DNA of 64,000 bases from Squalus acanthias (lineage: Eukaryota), in contig CM059432.1 of NCBI GenBank assembly GCA_030390025.1, positions 96,908,001-96,972,000 of the forward strand, written 5' to 3'. The notes below the pieces were generated by a model. It made no database searches and was not told the DNA's origin. It saw nothing but the letters and a program-made list of their open reading frames with translations. Both the position numbers and the translations under genes were made by a program. Positions 24,410 to 36,684 of the stretch are shown here, one piece after another. Numbering within the stretch: position 1 is the first letter of the stretch; every line of letters starts with the position of its first letter.

Positions 24410-27400
24410 GGGAATGGTAGCATAGTGGTTATGTTACTGGACTAGTAATCCAGAGGCCTGGACTAATAATTCAAGCAGACGTAAATTCAGTTAATTAAAT
24501 AAATCTATAATAAAAAGCCAGTATCAGTAATGCTGACCATGAAACTATCGGATTGTCGTAAAAACTCATCTGGCTCACTAATGTCCTTTAGGGAAGGAAA
24601 TCTGCTGTCCTTACCTGGTCTGGCCTATATGTAACTCCACACCCACAGAAAGGTGGTTGATTCTGGACTGCCCTCTGAAATGGCCGAGCACTAGCAACAA
24701 ACCGCTACGAGAAACAATAATAAGAATAAAACCGGTCGGACCAGCCGGCATCGACTTCGGCACCGGCTTCGGACACAACAATGTCCAGTCGACTTACTAA
24801 CATCTGGGGATTGTGCCAAAATTGATAGAGCTGTCCCACAGACTAATCAAACAACAGCCTGACATAGTCACACTAACAGAATCATACCTTTCTGCCAATG
24901 TCCCAGACTCCTCCATAACCATCCCTGTCCCACCGGCAGGACATACCCACCAAAGGCGACGGTGCAGTGATAAACAGTCGGGAGGGAGTGGCCCTGGGAG
25001 TCCTCAACATTGTCCACATTTGACATAGGGTCGGGAGTCAATGAAACCTTCTGCTGATTACCACCTACCACCCTCCCTCAGCTGATGAATTAGCACTCCT
25101 CCATGAAGAAGCATTGAGAGTAGCAAGGGCACAGAATGTACTCTGGGTGGGGGATTTCAATGTCCATCACCAAGAGTGGCTCGGTAGCACCACTACTGAC
25201 AAAGCTGGTCGAGTCCTGAAGGACATAGCTGGCAGACTGAGCCTGCTGCAGGTGGTGAGAGAACCAACACAAGAGAAAAACCTAATTGACCTCATCCTCA
25301 CCAATCTACCTGTCACAGATCCATCTGTCCATGATAGTATTGGTAGCAGTGACCACCGCACAGTCATTGTGGAGACAAAGTCCCATCTTCACACTGAGGA
25401 CGCCCTCCATCGTGTTGTGTGGCACTACCACTGTGCTAAATAGGATAGACTCAGAACAGATCTAGCAGCTCAAAACTGGGCATCCATGAGGCGCTGTGGG
25501 CCATCAACAGCAGCAGAATTGTATTCCACCACAATCTGTAACCTCATGGCCTGGCATATCCTCAATCTACCATTAACATCTAGCCAGACGAACAAACCCT
25601 GGTTCAATGAGGAGTGTAGAAGAGCATGCCAGGAGCAGCAGCAGGCATACCTATAAATGAGGTGCCAACCTGGGGAAGCTGCAACACAGAACTACATGCA
25701 TGCTAAACAGTGGAAGCAGCATGCTATAGACAGAGCTAAGCGATCCCACAATCAACGGATCAGATTAAAGCTCTGCAGTCCTGCCACATCCAGTTGTGAG
25801 TGGTGGTGGACAATTAAACAACTGACGGGAGAAGAAGGCTCCATGAACATCCTCATCCTCAATGATGGCGGAGCCCAGCACGCGAGTGCAAAAGACAAGG
25901 CTGAAGTGCCGAGTGGATGATCCATCTCGGTCTCCTCCTGAGGTCCCCACCATCACAGAAGCCAGTCTTCAGCAATTCGATTCACTCCACGTGATATCAA
26001 GAAATAGCTGAGCGCACTGGATACAGCAAAGGCTATTGGCCCAGACAATATCCCGGCTGTCATGCTGAAGACCTGTGCTCCAGAACTAGCCGTGCCTCTT
26101 GCCAAGCTGATCCTGTACAGCTACAACTCTGCATCTACCAGACAATGTGGAAAACTGCCCAGGTATGTCCTGTTCACAAAAAGCAGGACAAATCCAATCC
26201 GGCAATTACCGCCCCATCAGTCTACACTCAATCACAAGTAAAGTGATGGAAGGTGTCGTCGACAGTGCTATCACGCGACACTTACTAATAACCTGCTCAC
26301 TGATGCTCAGCTTGGGTTCTGCCAGAACCACTCGGCTCCAGACTTCATTACAGCCTTGGTCCAAACATGGACAAAAGAGCTGAATTTCAGAGGTGAGGGG
26401 AAAGTGACTGCCCTTGACATCAAGCCAGCTTTTGACCGAGTATGGCATCAAGGAGCCCTAGTAAAAGTGAAGTCAATGGGAATCAAGGGAAAGACTCTCC
26501 ACTGGCTGGAGTCATACCTAGCACAAAGGAAAATGTTTGTGGTTGTTGGAGGCCAATCATCTCAGCCCCAGGACATCGCTGCAGGAGTTCCTCAGGGCAG
26601 TGTCCTAGGCCCAACCAGCTTCAGCTGCTTCATCAATGACCTTCCCTCCATCATAAGATCAGAAGTTGGGATGATCGCTGATGATTGCACAGTGTTCAGT
26701 TCCAATCGCAACATCTCAGATAATGAAGCAGTCTGTGCCCACATGCAGCAAGACCTGGACAACATTCAGGCTCGGGCTGATCAGTGGCAAATAACATTCA
26801 CGCCACACAAGTGCCAGGCAATGACTATCTTCAATAAGAGAGAGTCTAACCACTGCCCCATTGCCAAATCGCACAGCATCAACATCCTGGGGGTCACCAT
26901 TGACCAGAAACTTAACTGGACCAGCCACATAAATACTGTGGTTACAAGAGGCTGGGTTTTCTGCGGCAATTGTCTCACCTCCTGACTCCCCAAAGCTTTT
27001 CCACCATCTACAAGGCACAAGTCAGGAGTATGATGGAATACTGTCCACTTGCCTGGATATGTGCAGCTCCAACAACACTCAAGAAGCTCGACACTATCCA
27101 GGAAAAAGAAGCCCGCTTGATTGGCACCCCATCCACCACCTTAAACATTCACTCCACCACTAGCACACCGTGGCTGCAGTGTGTACCATCTACAAGATGC
27201 ACTGCAACAACTCGCCAAGGCTTCTTCGACAGCACCTCCCAAACCCCCGACCTCGACCACCTAGAAGACAAGGGCAGCAGGTGCATGGGAACACCATCAC
27301 CTCCAAGTTCCCCTCCAAGTCACACACCCTCCTGACTTGGAAATATACTGCCGTTCCTTCATCGTCACTGGTCAAAATCCTGGAACTCACTCCCTAACAG

Positions 27401-27540
27401 CACTGTGGGAGTACCTTCACCACACAGACTGCAGCAGTTCAAGAAGACGGCTCACCACCACCTTCTCAAGGGCAATTAGGGATGGAAAATAAATGCTGGC
27501 CTTGCCAGCGCGCCCACATCCCAGGAATGAATAAAAAGAA
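24410..27540 (+). mobile_element. CR1-like LINE (EN+RT pseudogene) with a tRNA-derived LF-SINE-like 5' segment and 3' tail
   Basis: Head GGTAGCATAGTGGTTATGTTACTGGACTAGTAATCCAGAGG and body to about 24690; ORF2 fragments QQPDIVTLTESYL, VGDFN, SDH, NYRPISL, AFDRVWH, GVPQGSVLGP, ADD; tail GGCAATTAGGGATG..AATAAATGCTGGCCTTGCCAGC..CCCACATCCC..GAATGAATAAAA. Confidence 0.85.
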
Positions 27541-28079
27541 TTAGTCCCTGATATTGACAGGAGCATGTTTTCCTCGTAGGGTCTGCGGAGTTTTGAACGG
27601 GAACCCCGCATGCTGCGGAGTTTTAACTACAAAGTGTGTGCACTTTTTTTGTCAGTTTCCCCGTCAGGAAGTCAGACCGATTGACAGCCTTGGCTTCCAG
27701 TTGGGCAGGGCGCACTGCGGTGCAGAATGCAGCCACAGGTAAGGAGCCTGCAGCTGCTAGTGGGAGTGTAGGGGCGGGGGTCTGATCCTGGAGTGGGCCC
27801 GATTCCATGGGGGTTTGATCCCCAATCCCAGGTGGGGAGTCCTATCCCTGATCGGGGGCAGGATCTTTGGATGGGGTGTCTGATGTGGGGTGGTCCGATC
27901 CCAGGGAAGCAGTGAAGGGATAATTACTAGTCCTAGCCCCTTTAGGGCTACCCCGGATCAGGCGTATTCCTCAGACGTTCACTTTGAACTAAAGTTTGAG
28001 GTAGCCGAATCCTAAAGACGCTTAATTGGGTCTAAAGGTCTGGACTATGTCGCTCTAAAGGAAAGGAACAACCTGAAAA

Positions 28080-28641
28080 TGTTACCGTCCTCCAGATAGC
28101 ACTTTTAATAAGTTTAGCTAGACTGTAACATTCTGGATATTATCAGGGTTCGGAAACCTCCCCCAAAATTCTGCAACTCCTCACCAAAGAGTGTACAGAG
28201 ATTGAGTTTGCGAGTTTGATACAGAAGTCTTATGTGAGACAATTCTAAAAATATATAGATTTATTAAAGAACCGACATGTAATTTACAGTTGGTGAGTCA
28301 ATCGCAACATTAACAGTTCCAAAAAGAAAAAGCTTACAATTCTATTATCAGAGAACCTTACTCTCAAATCTGAACTTCGCTACAGTTTTACAGTTCTTAG
28401 TTTTCTACAGGATATCCACCAAAATCAAATACCTTTGATCCTCGAGGTACAAAGAGTTGGAGACTTACAGAGCCACCTCTGAAGCCGAGAATCGCTTTGC
28501 CCCTTTAAAACGAGTCTACTATCCATTTGAGAGTTCAATATTTATACCCTTTTCCAGTGGTATTTCCTTTAAGGTTTTCTGCTGGTGTAAGCTAATTATC
28601 TCTAGTCATTTTTTTGCTGATCCCTGCAATTCTTACAGTCA
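28080..28641 (-). other. Possible LTR-like element split by the CR1; continues at 41699-41733 and 46600-46896
   Basis: Minus-strand TATAAA (about 28541) and AATAAA (about 28260); flanked by the CR1 TSD; ends and TSD not resolved. Confidence 0.3.
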
Positions 28642-28925
28642 AAGAAACATAGAAGATAGGAGCAGGAGTAGGCCATTCGGCCCCTCGAGCCTGCTCCGCC
28701 ATTCAATGCGATCATGGCTGATCATCCAAATTCAGTACCCTGTCCCTGCTTTCTCCCCATATCCCTTGATCCCCTTAGCCTTAAGAAATATATCTAACTC
28801 CTTCTTGAATATATTTAATGAATTGGACTCAACTGCCTTCTGTGGTAGAGAATTCCACAGATTCACCACTCTCTGGGTGAAGAAATTCCTCCTCATCTCA
28901 GTCCTAAATAGCTTTCCCCTTATCT

Positions 28926-31576
28926 TTAGACTGTGACCCCTGGTTCTGACTCCCCCACCATCGGGAACATCCTTCCTGCATCTAGTCTGTCTAGTCCTGT
29001 TAGAATTTTATAAGTTTCAATGAGATCCCCTCTCATTCTTCTAAACTCTAGCGGATACAAGCCCAATCGACCCAATCTCTCTTCATACGTCATTCCTGCC
29101 ATCCCAGGTATCAGTCTGGTGAATCTTCGCTGCACTCCCTCCATGGCAAGAACATCCTTCCTCAGATAAGGCGACCAAAACTGCACACAATACTCAAGGT
29201 GTGGTCTCACCAAGGCCCTGTACAACTGCAGCAAGACATCCTTGCTCCTGTACTCGAATCCTCTCGCTATGAAGGCCAACATACCATTTGCCTTCTTAAC
29301 CACCTGCTGCACCTGCATGCTTACCTTCAGCGACTGGTGCACAAGGACACCCAGGTCTCGTTGCACTTCCCCTTTTCCCAATCTATTGCCATTCAGATAA
29401 TAATCTGCCTTCCTGTTTTTGCCACCAAAGTGGGTAACCTCGCATTTATCCACATTATACTGCATCTGCCATGCATCTGCCCAATCACCCAACCTGTCCA
29501 AATCATACTGGAGTTTCTCGGCATCCTCCTTACAGCACACACACCCACCCAGCTTTGTGTCGTCTGCAAACTTGGAGATATTACATCTAGTTCCCTCATC
29601 TAGATCATTAATATATATTGTGAATAACTGGGGTCCCAGCACGGATCCCTGCGGTACCCCACTAGTCACTGCCTGCCACTCAGAAAAAGATCCGTTTATT
29701 CCAACTCTTTGCTTCCTGTCTGCCAACCAGTTTTCTATCCAAGTCAGTACCTTACCCCATTCCCATGTGCTTTAATTTTGCACGCTAATCTCTTATGCGG
29801 GACATTATCGAAAGCCTTCTGAAAGTCCAAATACACCACATCCACTGGTTCTCCCTTATCTATTCTACCAGTTACATCCTCAAAAATTCCAGTAGATCAG
29901 TCAAGCATGATTTATCTTTTGTAAATCCATGTTGACTTTGTTCGATCCTGTCACTGTTTTCCAAGTGCTCTGCTATTACATCTTTTATAATGGACTCTAG
30001 CATTTTCCCCACTACCGATGTCAGGCTTACCGGTCTATAATTCCCCGCTTTCTCTCTACCACCTTTTTTAAATAGTGGGGTTACATTAGATACCCTCCAA
30101 TCCATGAGAACTGTTCCAGATTCTATAGAGTTTTGGAAGATGACCAGCAATGCATCTGCTATTTTTAGGGCCACTTCCTTAAGTACCCTAGGATGTAGAT
30201 TATCAGGCCCTGGGGATTTATCGGCCTTCAATCCTGTCAATTTCCCGAACACCATTTCCCTACAAATACTGATTTCATTCAGTTCCTCCCTCTCATTAGA
30301 CCCTATGTTCCCCAACATCTCTGGGAGGTTATTTGTGTCCTGCTTTGTGAAGACAGAACCAAAGTATGTATTTAATTGAACTGCCATTTGTTTGTTCCCC
30401 ATTATAAATTCCCCTGATTCTGACTGCAAGGGACCTACGCTTGACTTCACCAATTTTTTTCTCTTCACATATCTATAGAAGCTTTTACAGTCACTTTTTA
30501 TGTTCCCTGGAAGCTTACTCTCATACTCTATTTTCCCCCTCTTAATTAATCCCTTTGTCCTCCTTTGCTGAATCCTAAACTGCTCCCAATCCTCAGGTTT
30601 GCTGCTTTTTCTGGCCAATTTATATGCCCTCTCCTTGGATCTTATGCTATCCCTAATTTCCCTTGTTAGCCATGGTTGAGTCACCTTTTTTGTTTTATTT
30701 TTATGCCAAACATGGATGAACAAATTCTGTAGTTCATCCATGCGATCTTTAAATGTTTGCCATTGCCTATCCACCGTCAACCCTTTAAGCAACATTCTCC
30801 AATCCATCCTAGCCAACTCGCGCCTCATACCATTGTAGTTTCCTTAATTTAAATTCAGGACCCTAGTCTCTGAGTCAACTACTTCACTCTCCATTTTAAT
30901 GAAGAATTCTATCATATTATGATCGCTCCTCCCCAAGGGGCCTCGCACAACAAGATTGCTAATTAATCCTTTCTCATCACATAATACCCAGTCGAGTATG
31001 GCCTGGTCTCTAGTTTGGTCCAGGAAACCATCCCGTATACACTCTAGGAATTCCTCCTCCACAGTATTGTTACTAATTTGGTTAGCCCAATCTATATGTA
31101 GATTAAAGTCACCCATGATAACTGCTGTGCCCTTATTGCACACATCTCTAATTTCCCATTTAATGCCATCCCCAACCTCTGCATTACTGTTTGGGGGTCT
31201 GTATACAACTCCCACTAACATTTTTTGCCCCTTGGTATTTCTCAGCTCTACCCATACCGATTCCACATCATCAGAGCTAATATCCTTCCTTACTATTGTG
31301 TTAATCTCCTCTTTAACCAGCAATGCTACCCCACCTCCTTTTCTTTTTTGCCTGCCCTTCCAAAATATTGAATACCCCTGGATGTTGAATTCCCAGCCTT
31401 GGTCACCCTGCAGCCATTTCTCCGTCATCCCAATTATATCATATCCATTTACATCTATTTGCGCAGCTAATTCATCCACCTTATTACGAATGCTCCTCGC
31501 ATTAAGACACAGAGCCTTTAGGCTTGTTTTTTTTAACACTCCCAGACAATTTAGAATTATTGTTTACTGTGGCCAT
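28926..31576 (-). pseudogene. CR1 ORF2 (APE endonuclease + RT), frameshifted
   Basis: LNARS, MGDFN, LDWV, SDH, KSPGPD, NYRPVSLTS, QHGF, GVPQGSVLGP, FADD. Confidence 0.93.
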
Positions 31577-32202
31577 GTTTGATTTACACCCTTGATTTCT
31601 CTGCCTTCCACTTTTGCTTTTCTCCTTCCTGTCTTTTGTTTCTATCCTCGCTTCCCTTTCCTCTGTCTCCCTGCACAGGTTCCCAACCCCCTGCCATTTT
31701 AGTTTAAACCCTCCCCAACAGCACTAGCAAACACTCCCCCTAGGACATCGGTCCCGGTCCTGCCCAGGTGCAAACCGTCCAGTTTGTACTGGTCCCACCT
31801 CCCCCAGAACCGGTTCCAATGTCCCAGGAATTTGAATCCCTGCCCCTTGCACCATTCCTCTAGCCACGTAGTCATCTGAAATATCCTTCTATTTCTACTC
31901 TGACTAGTACGTGGCACTGGTAGCAATCCTGAGATTACTACCTTTGAGGTCCTATTTTTTAATTTACCTCCTAACTCCCTATATTCTGCTTTTAGGACCT
32001 CATCCCATTTTTTACCTATATCGTTAGTACCTATATGCACCATGACAACTGGCAGTTCACCCTCCCTCTCCAGAATGCCCTGCAGCCGCTCCGAGACATC
32101 CTTGACCCTTGCACCAGGGAGGCAACATACCATCTCGTTTGCGGCCACAGAAATGCCTATCTATTCCCCTTACAATAGAGTCCCCTATCACTATAGCTCT
32201 CC

Positions 32203-32312
32203 TTTTCCTCTGATCTGCCGCAGCCTGTTGCTGCACTGACCCCTTCCTCTGATCTGCCGCAGCCTGTTGCTGCACTGACCCCTTCCTCTGATCTGCCGCA
32301 GCCTGTTGCTGC
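32203..32312. repeat. 39-bp tandem repeat x about 3 in the pol tail
   Basis: CTTCCTCTGATCTGCCGCAGCCTGTTGCTGCACTGACCC; encodes AATGCGRSEEGVS. Confidence 0.9.
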
Positions 32313-35300
32313 TGCGATGGGGCCGGGCTGTATCTGGGCTGCCTTAACCTTGAGTCTACGCCTTGGGACAGTCTGGGGCCATACCCACATCTTCCTGGGC
32401 TGGGGTTCTCTACTTGACCTACGGGGAGTTGTCAGGGGCAGGGATCCCATGACCGACGGACCGGGTTCCGAGACTTCCATCGGGACGACCTGTGGTTCCA
32501 CCACAGTCGCTGGCTCCGCCTCCGCTGACTCCGCCTCCCTAACCTCGGGGCTTGCAGTTTGTGGCTCCGCCCTGCTCGGCCCAGCAGGCGACCCTTCACT
32601 CACGATCTCTGCCTCCCCCGAGGGCGGGACGTTCAAAGCGGGCGGCTCGGGCTCGGAGGTTCTCACCGTCACTCCCTGTGTTCTCACAGCGGCTGGCTCC
32701 GCCTCCCCTAGCTCCTCCCTCCTGTGTTCGGGACCTGCAGCTTGTGTGTCCACCCTGTGTGGATCTCCATCTGCAGTCCGTGTCCTCCCTATACCTAAAA
32801 TGGGAACGCTCCTTACGTTCCCCAAAACCCACTCGCCTTCATCACCATCCTCATCTGACTCCCATCCCCACAAAAATGCTTCATGATCTTCCAGGATGTC
32901 TCCTCCCCTGATGCAAGCTGCTTTGCCTGCCTGTGTGCCTTGTGGTCCTACCTGGGGCTGCGCTTCCCCACTCGCGGGGTTTACCCCTGTGGTTTTCCCT
33001 TGCGCACCTGGCTTGTACAGTTTGCACTGGTTTACGTGGAACCACTTAGTGCGCCGAGGTACCTTTACGGCGTATACCATGGGACTCGCCTTGTCTACAA
33101 TATTGTAGGGTCCCATATACAGTGGTTCCAGACTCCCTACTCTGGCGTAGTTTCTGACCATGACCTGGTCTCCTACTTCCCACTCCCGCGTTTTGCGGGG
33201 TTCCAGCAACAGGCGATTGCCCTGATGCTGTCTTCCCATGTTCCCAGCCGCCTGCTCATAAACCTGCTTCAGGCGCTCCAAGAGGGTCTGGGCGAACTTG
33301 TCCCTGCTTATCTCTTGGAGCTGACCCTCAGTGAGCACCGGCGCTAGCACATGGGTGGGGGTTCGCATGAGCCTCCCAGTCATCACCTCATGCGGGGAGT
33401 ACCCCGTACTTTTTGACTGACTGGCCCGGACCCCCATGAGGACTAAAGGCAGAACTTCCGCCCATTTTTGGGGCGAGTTCCTAGTCTCTTTCCTCAATTT
33501 CTCCTTCAGGGTCCGGTTCATACGTTCAACAATCCCGGATGACTGGGGATTGTGTGCTACGTGCCACTTCCCTTCAATGCCCAAAAGCATGAGGGTGTTC
33601 TGCATCACCTGGCCGGTGAAATGACTCCCTTGGTCTGACTCCACAAAACGGGGGAGTCCCCACCGCGAGAACACTTCCCGGACCAAGATTTTTGCAGTAC
33701 CCAGTGCCGTAGCTGTTCGACAGGGGAAGGCTTCCACCCATTTGGAAAACACATCCACCAAGACGAGGCAGTATTTATAGCCTCCCTGGGTGGTGGGCAG
33801 GGGTCCTAAATAGTCGATCTGTATCGACTGCCATGGTCCCTCTACCCTTCTTACGTGTCCCATGGGCACTTTCCTTTTCTGGGGGTCTGGGTTGTTTGCA
33901 GCGCACACAAGACAGTTTGCATAGAACTCGCGGACTTGTTCCCTGAGCCCTGGCCACCATCCCGCTTGCTCTACCCGTTGCCAGGTAACCTCGGGCCCGG
34001 GGTGCCCTGCCCCTGGTCCCTCGTGAGCCAACTGGAGGAATTCCCTCCTGTGCTGCTGCGGCACAACCCACTGCTCCTCGCGGAACAGCATGCCTTCCTT
34101 AACTGAGAGGGTTGCCGTACTGTACGGACCCTCTACCTGCTTCCCCTCAGCAATGGTTTTTAGGACTGCTTTTAGGGCGGGATCCTGGGTTTGGACAGTC
34201 TTAAGGTCTAGGGGCAATGCTACCCTGGTGTTCCCGGGATTCCCGTCCCTGCCTTGGATCGCTGCCATGGGTCTGGTCCCATAGGGGTCCCAGAAAATGC
34301 CGTTGCGGGCACCTTCCCTGGCTAGCGCATCCGCCTGCTGGTATGCCCTCCCCACGGGGCTCTGTGGAGGAGTGAGCCTTCACCTTATGGATGAAAATCT
34401 CCCCTTCCTCCCCTACTGCTGCTAGGATCTTTTCCAGCAAGGGCTTCACCGTTAAAGGTCGCCCGTCCGCGGAGGTGTATCCACGGCGGGACCAAATGGC
34501 CAGGTATTCCGTACACGAATTGCAGGTGAACATACTGTCCGAGCAAATCGTGTATGGGGTTGGGAAAATGTCCGGGTGGGTAACAACGTACACCACGGCA
34601 GACAGCTCAGCCTGCTGCGCGCTCATGGTGCTAGGGAGCTTGATCGCCAGGGCAAGGTTTGCCGCAGGGTCATAAACTCCACACCCTGTGAGTCGTTCGC
34701 CAGCCGATACTGTGCTAGACCCATCAACATAAATCTCGCGCCCAGTGGGATGTATCCCGGCCCGCAAACCTATGTTGACGTCCCACACCCCTTCCACCGA
34801 ACATCGGTGGGCTGTACCGGGGTATACCAAATTGGCCGCAAGCCTGGGCTCGCAAAGACCTTTAACTCTAAGATCCATCTGGGAAAGAAGAAGGGTCCAG
34901 CGCGCAATACGCACGCTGCTTACGGTCCCATCTTTAATCCTCCCATCTAGAAGCATCTTAGTTGGTGTGTGATGTGTGAGGAGAGTGATGGGAGAGAGCC
35001 CTGTGAAGATCGCTGATCTTTTCACAGCCCAATGCGTGGCTAAAAGGTGCCTTTCGCAATTGGAGAAACTTCTCTCCACATCCGTTAACACCCTGGATGA
35101 ATAGACAACCGGCCTCAGCTTGCCGTGACGCTCTTGGAGCAGCACAGCGCTCAAGCTGTCTCCGCTGGCAGCTACCTCCAGGAAAAACTCCTTCCCCCCA
35201 TCTATGGCCCCTAAGGCTGGCGCGGTCTGCAGATCCCTTTTTAACTTCTCGAAGGCTGCTTGGCAGCCCTCGTCCCAAGACCACTCCACTCCCTTATGGA

Positions 35301-36684
35301 GGAGTCGGAGGAGCGGCGCCGCTGTGGCCGCATAGTCTTCGATAAAATCCCTGCAGTAACCGGTCAGTCCCAAGAAGGACCTCACACCCCTTATGTTGTT
35401 GGGAATCGGTAACTCTTGCACCGACTCCCTCCTAGCTTTGTCTATGGCTCTTTCCCCAGCGCAAATGGTCAGTCCCAGGAATTTTACTTCCTGCTGACCG
35501 ATACGTGCTTTCTTAGGATTTATTTTAAAACCCTTTCTCGCTAGCAGCTCCAATAACTCGTCCAGCAGTGGTCCATGCTCCTCCCTTGAATCCGTAAATA
35601 GGAGCAAATCATCCACGTACTGCACTATCTGATTGGGCTGACTAAACTCCTTTAAACTTCCTGCCATACACTGATGGAAAATACTGGGGCTATTGTGGAA
35701 ACCCTGTGGCAGACAGTTCCATGTGTACTGTTGTCCTTTGAAAGTAAAGGCAAACTTGTACTGGTCCTCTCGCCTCAGCGGGATGGACCAAAAACCGTTC
35801 GAGATATCCAACACCGTGAACGTGGTCGCGGACGCTGGGATACTCCCTATTAGGTCAGCAACTGCTGCTACCGTGGGCGCGCAGGCGGGAATGTTACTGT
35901 TAAGGACTCTGTAGTCCACCGTGGCTCTCCACGAATTATCCGGCTTCCTAACCGGCCATAATGGGGAGTTCACGTGTGTGGCTATCGGCCTCAACACGCC
36001 CTGCTGCACCAAGGAGGACATTGCTGTCTCCATATCGGGTTCTGCTTCTTTGGGGAAGTTATACTGTTTTTGGGGCCGGGTCATGGGGTCCCCATCTACG
36101 CTGACCTCAAACCCGGCAACCCTCCCACAATCGTGCTTGTGGGTTGCAAACGCGTGCATATTATCTGACACGTACGTTTGCATGTCCGTTGGGACATCTG
36201 CGACCATAAGCCCGAGGTCGTAGCCTCCGGATGGCTGCACGGTACACAGGACCCCTGTTTCCTCCTCCCCCGGAATCACTACTACCTCGCCTTTTTCACT
36301 CTTAGCCCCCCAAAGACAGTGATTTCTGAGGTCCACGAGGATCCCGTGTCCTGATAGAAGATCGGACCCGAGGATACCTCTTCCACCCCCCTCCTGCCAT
36401 TCCATCAGTATGCACTTCCACTTGAGGTGAAGTGCTCCCAAACGAATGGATAGCGGAAGGGAGAACGCGCCAGCCTGTTCTTTTCCCGTGAACCCCGCTA
36501 ATGTGAATGGGACCTTGGTAGATAGCGGCGAGTCAAAAGGGCTATCTGTATGGATTATGGTGCAAGAAGCTCCCGTGTCCAACAAATAACTACCCTTCTG
36601 TTTCTCTACCTCCATCTCCACCAAAGGTCGCTTCCACGCATCATAGCTGAGCGGACACAGGTAGACGGGCTGCGCGGGCTCTAG
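32203..36684 (-). pseudogene. pol: Pol (protease, RT, tether, RNase H, integrase, long acidic/Pro-rich tail); single 1-nt frameshift at about 34343
   Basis: LLDTGA; NSPLWPVRKPD..WRATVDYR; LDISNGF; LPQGFHNSP; YVDD; RNase H YVDGS/AQQAEL/SDS/HKVKAH; IN H..GH..C..C, QIDY, SDQG, GIVERMN, GPY; removing base 34343 restores GEGNQQAD. Confidence 0.92.

Noticed and set aside
32317..33347. Antisense ORFs (189 aa, 154 aa) as accessory or env genes
   Set aside because: Shadows of GC-rich pol; no signal peptide, transmembrane or fusion features seen
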